Of a DNA stretch of 47,858 bases, positions 45,525-47,858 are shown piece after piece. Position 1 is the first letter of the stretch; each line of letters starts with the position of its first letter. Origin of the DNA: a virus. The DNA lies in IMG/VR virus record IMGVR_UViG_3300003309_000009, positions 1 to 47,858 of that record; one strand, 5' to 3'. The position numbers and the translations under genes are program-made. The notes beneath the pieces were generated by a model, which worked only from the letters and a program-made list of their open reading frames with translations, had not been told where the DNA came from and made no database searches.

Positions 45525-47858
45525 CTATACATCTGGTAAATCAAAACCTGAATTGATATCGTCAGCTGGCTCACTTGTAGCATCAGGATTATCCTCCGCT
45601 GTTCCTTCACCATCCGCATCAGTATCTTCTTCTGACTCGGCATCCGTCTCAACATCTGCGTCTGTAGTATCACCTACGTCTGAAGAATCCTGTTCGTCAT
45701 CCTCGCCATCGTCATATGCTGCATCGCGATCATCGCTCACCTTGTCTTCAGTTTTCTCAACCTTAAGATCTTTCCTCCATTCATCCTTCTTAATAGCGAT
45801 CAATAACTTATGAACAACATCCGTTACCTTACCTGCATGGTCAGCTAACTGTTTGTCAATTTCATATTCACCATCAATGAACAATTCTTGAAGCTCTGGT
45901 AGAATATTTTGATTCTTAACATATTGACGTTTCAATAGATCTAATACCGCAGATCTAACAACCTCAATACCTTCCTCAAGATAATCACCGGATAAAGCCA
46001 GTCCTAATGATTCCTCATTAAAGTAAGACTCAACAACAAGTTCAGCTAGATCACTGTAATTATCAAAGCTTTGCTTCTGCTGCTCAATGATTACTGTATC
46101 AGGACGTGGAAGTTTAACTTTAATGCTATCAAGGATCTCATCGAAAGTTAACTTAGTCTTACTCTCATCCAATATTTTATTAATGGTGTCTAATAGTGGA
46201 CCACCAGCTAATATGTATTGACGAATAAATGAAGAAGCCTGTCTACAAAAGACATCTTGACGAGTAAGAACGCGCTTAGTTTCAATTTGATCAGATTGAA
46301 TTAAACCTTCAGCAAAGTCACCTTCTAGTTTACGGTCCATCTTCTCAGGAGGGACACCCAGACCCATATAATGTAAAACACGTAAACGTTCATCTAAATC
46401 ACCATCAGCCTTTGGTCGCTGGCGCTCAACGTGTTCCATTGTAAGTTTAGTATCTGGGTAAACTTCACCACCATCAACTTCAACATCTAAGTTACCGCGA
46501 TAAATAGCAGAGGTAATATCCGCAGGAGTTAATGGGAAATCACTCAATACATTACTCTGCATTGCCAATAGCTCAGCTATAGCTGTTTCAACGGTCTTTT
46601 GTTGATCAGGATCATCAGCATCTAATGTGATATTTACCTTTTTACCAGGGATGGAATTTTCAACACCTGAGATAATATCAGAGAACATTAACATACCACG
46701 TAGCGCAGCATAAACTTTAGTCTTCTCCAATAGTGATACACCGCGTCCCATTTCATCATAGTTAAATGCAAAATAGGTTAACATTGTAGCGGGGACGTAG
46801 ATGAGTCTTGTTTTCTGACGGGCTAGCTGACGTGTAAACATTGTACGATAGATATCTTCAGTACAGTTAACTTCCAATGTCTCACCATTGCTACTTCTGG
46901 TAGCTTCTTGTAACCGCTCCTCAAGAATTTGATAATAAGCATCACTGATTGTTGAGCTCATCTTATCTTTATCTTTATCGGTATTATAGCTAATTGAGTT
47001 TACACTTAGAGAACTAGTGATAACATTAAAATCACTGGCGTTTTTCTTTGACAACTGCTCTAGCTGTCTGTTAAGTTCTGCAATTTGAGTTTTGTTACGC
47101 TTTGTATGAACAAACTCACCACTTGCGTTTGTAACAAGATAATAACCGACATGGTTATCTGGCTCACCTGGTACGTGTACTGGAATGACGGATTCTGCGG
47201 GAGGATTGAGAACAATAGGGTTTAGAGTCGTATCGACATCTTCAGCTTCCTTAATGAGTAACCTCTCAACACGCTTAGCCGCGCGTTTTAAGTAAACATC
47301 ATCGCCACTACCCTTAACCGTCAGATCGTAATTCTCAAAGCCAAGAGAAGTCATTGTATCCTGATCACGCTTTTTGTTTAAAACGGCAGTAGTAATCGGT
47401 CTTAGAAGTTCAATGGGGTTATCACTGATCTCAATTAAATCAATTGGTGTTTTATCATTAATCAATTTCGAAAAGTCTGCAATGATCTTACCAGCATCGG
47501 TACTGATATCTTTACTAGGTAACCACCCAGTTTGAATGTCTCCGATTTTATCCACATGGCTTTCTGAAAAAGACTCCATCGTGATATTATTATCATTAAT
47601 GATATTAGAGATGGATTTAACAGGCAGTGCAATTAAAGAAAATGAACCAATGCTAAATAAAGCTTCACCAATGATGTCGGGGAATTTAGACTCTAAATCA
47701 TACTCTGTGGTGAGATGTTTAACAATAGCTTCTGCGATACCACCTGGTGCATTACGATCAAGCATAACTTCCAATTGTGCAGGTGTTGAATCTTTAGGCG
47801 ATAAGGTGGTTGAGACGATAATTTCTTCTGCTAAAACTACATCCGGTAGTAGTTCTTT
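45525..47858 (-). CDS. Portal protein (phiKZ gp129-like), 5'-truncated by the window
   Basis: Frame open to the edge (KELLPDVVLAEEIIVSTTLSPKD); ESVIPVHVPGEPDNHVGYY and YFAFNYDEMGRGVSLLE motifs; acidic C-terminal tail. Confidence 0.8.
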   Translation of the reverse strand, partial: KELLPDVVLAEEIIVSTTLSPKDSTPAQLEVMLDRNAPGGIAEAIVKHLTTEYDLESKFPDIIGEALFSIGSFSLIALPVKSISNIINDNNITMESFSESHVDKIGDIQTGWLPSKDISTDAGKIIADFSKLINDKTPIDLIEISDNPIELLRPITTAVLNKKRDQDTMTSLGFENYDLTVKGSGDDVYLKRAAKRVERLLIKEAEDVDTTLNPIVLNPPAESVIPVHVPGEPDNHVGYYLVTNASGEFVHTKRNKTQIAELNRQLEQLSKKNASDFNVITSSLSVNSISYNTDKDKDKMSSTISDAYYQILEERLQEATRSSNGETLEVNCTEDIYRTMFTRQLARQKTRLIYVPATMLTYFAFNYDEMGRGVSLLEKTKVYAALRGMLMFSDIISGVENSIPGKKVNITLDADDPDQQKTVETAIAELLAMQSNVLSDFPLTPADITSAIYRGNLDVEVDGGEVYPDTKLTMEHVERQRPKADGDLDERLRVLHYMGLGVPPEKMDRKLEGDFAEGLIQSDQIETKRVLTRQDVFCRQASSFIRQYILAGGPLLDTINKILDESKTKLTFDEILDSIKVKLPRPDTVIIEQQKQSFDNYSDLAELVVESYFNEESLGLALSGDYLEEGIEVVRSAVLDLLKRQYVKNQNILPELQELFIDGEYEIDKQLADHAGKVTDVVHKLLIAIKKDEWRKDLKVEKTEDKVSDDRDAAYDDGEDDEQDSSDVGDTTDADVETDAESEEDTDADGEGTAEDNPDATSEPADDINSGFDLPDV

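Noticed and set aside
45466-45813. Ser-rich 115-aa plus-strand ORF
   Set aside because: Antisense shadow of the acidic portal tail, running through a terminator.
1-47858. tRNA, rRNA, CRISPR array, introns/inteins, stop-codon reassignment
   Set aside because: None recognisable by eye; genes are dense and intact in the standard code. tRNAscan-SE and Infernal were not run.

Overview
This window is a segment of an AT-rich, standard-code jumbo myophage genome of the phiKZ-like type (probably Chimalliviridae); chimallin and RNA polymerase genes are not in the window. The assignment rests on recognisable phiKZ-type genes: portal (truncated at the right edge), RNase H with a long C-terminal extension, SbcC, a gp5-like baseplate spike and conserved virion proteins. 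phiKZ gp numbers below are from recall, not from a search. A 22.4-kb plus-strand tail-fibre/lysis module (17252-39689) sits among minus-strand core genes and accessory genes. The main unannotated signals are: (1) eight RNA hairpins with covarying stems and an invariant GUAGGA loop sequence in the leaders of accessory genes; (2) a bipartite early-type promoter in five copies; (3) a 94-bp terminator-promoter-hairpin cassette repeated 41.6 kb apart with its terminator loop inverted; (4) six fibre genes arranged as a duplicated A-B-C triplet of N-terminal anchor types with different payloads.
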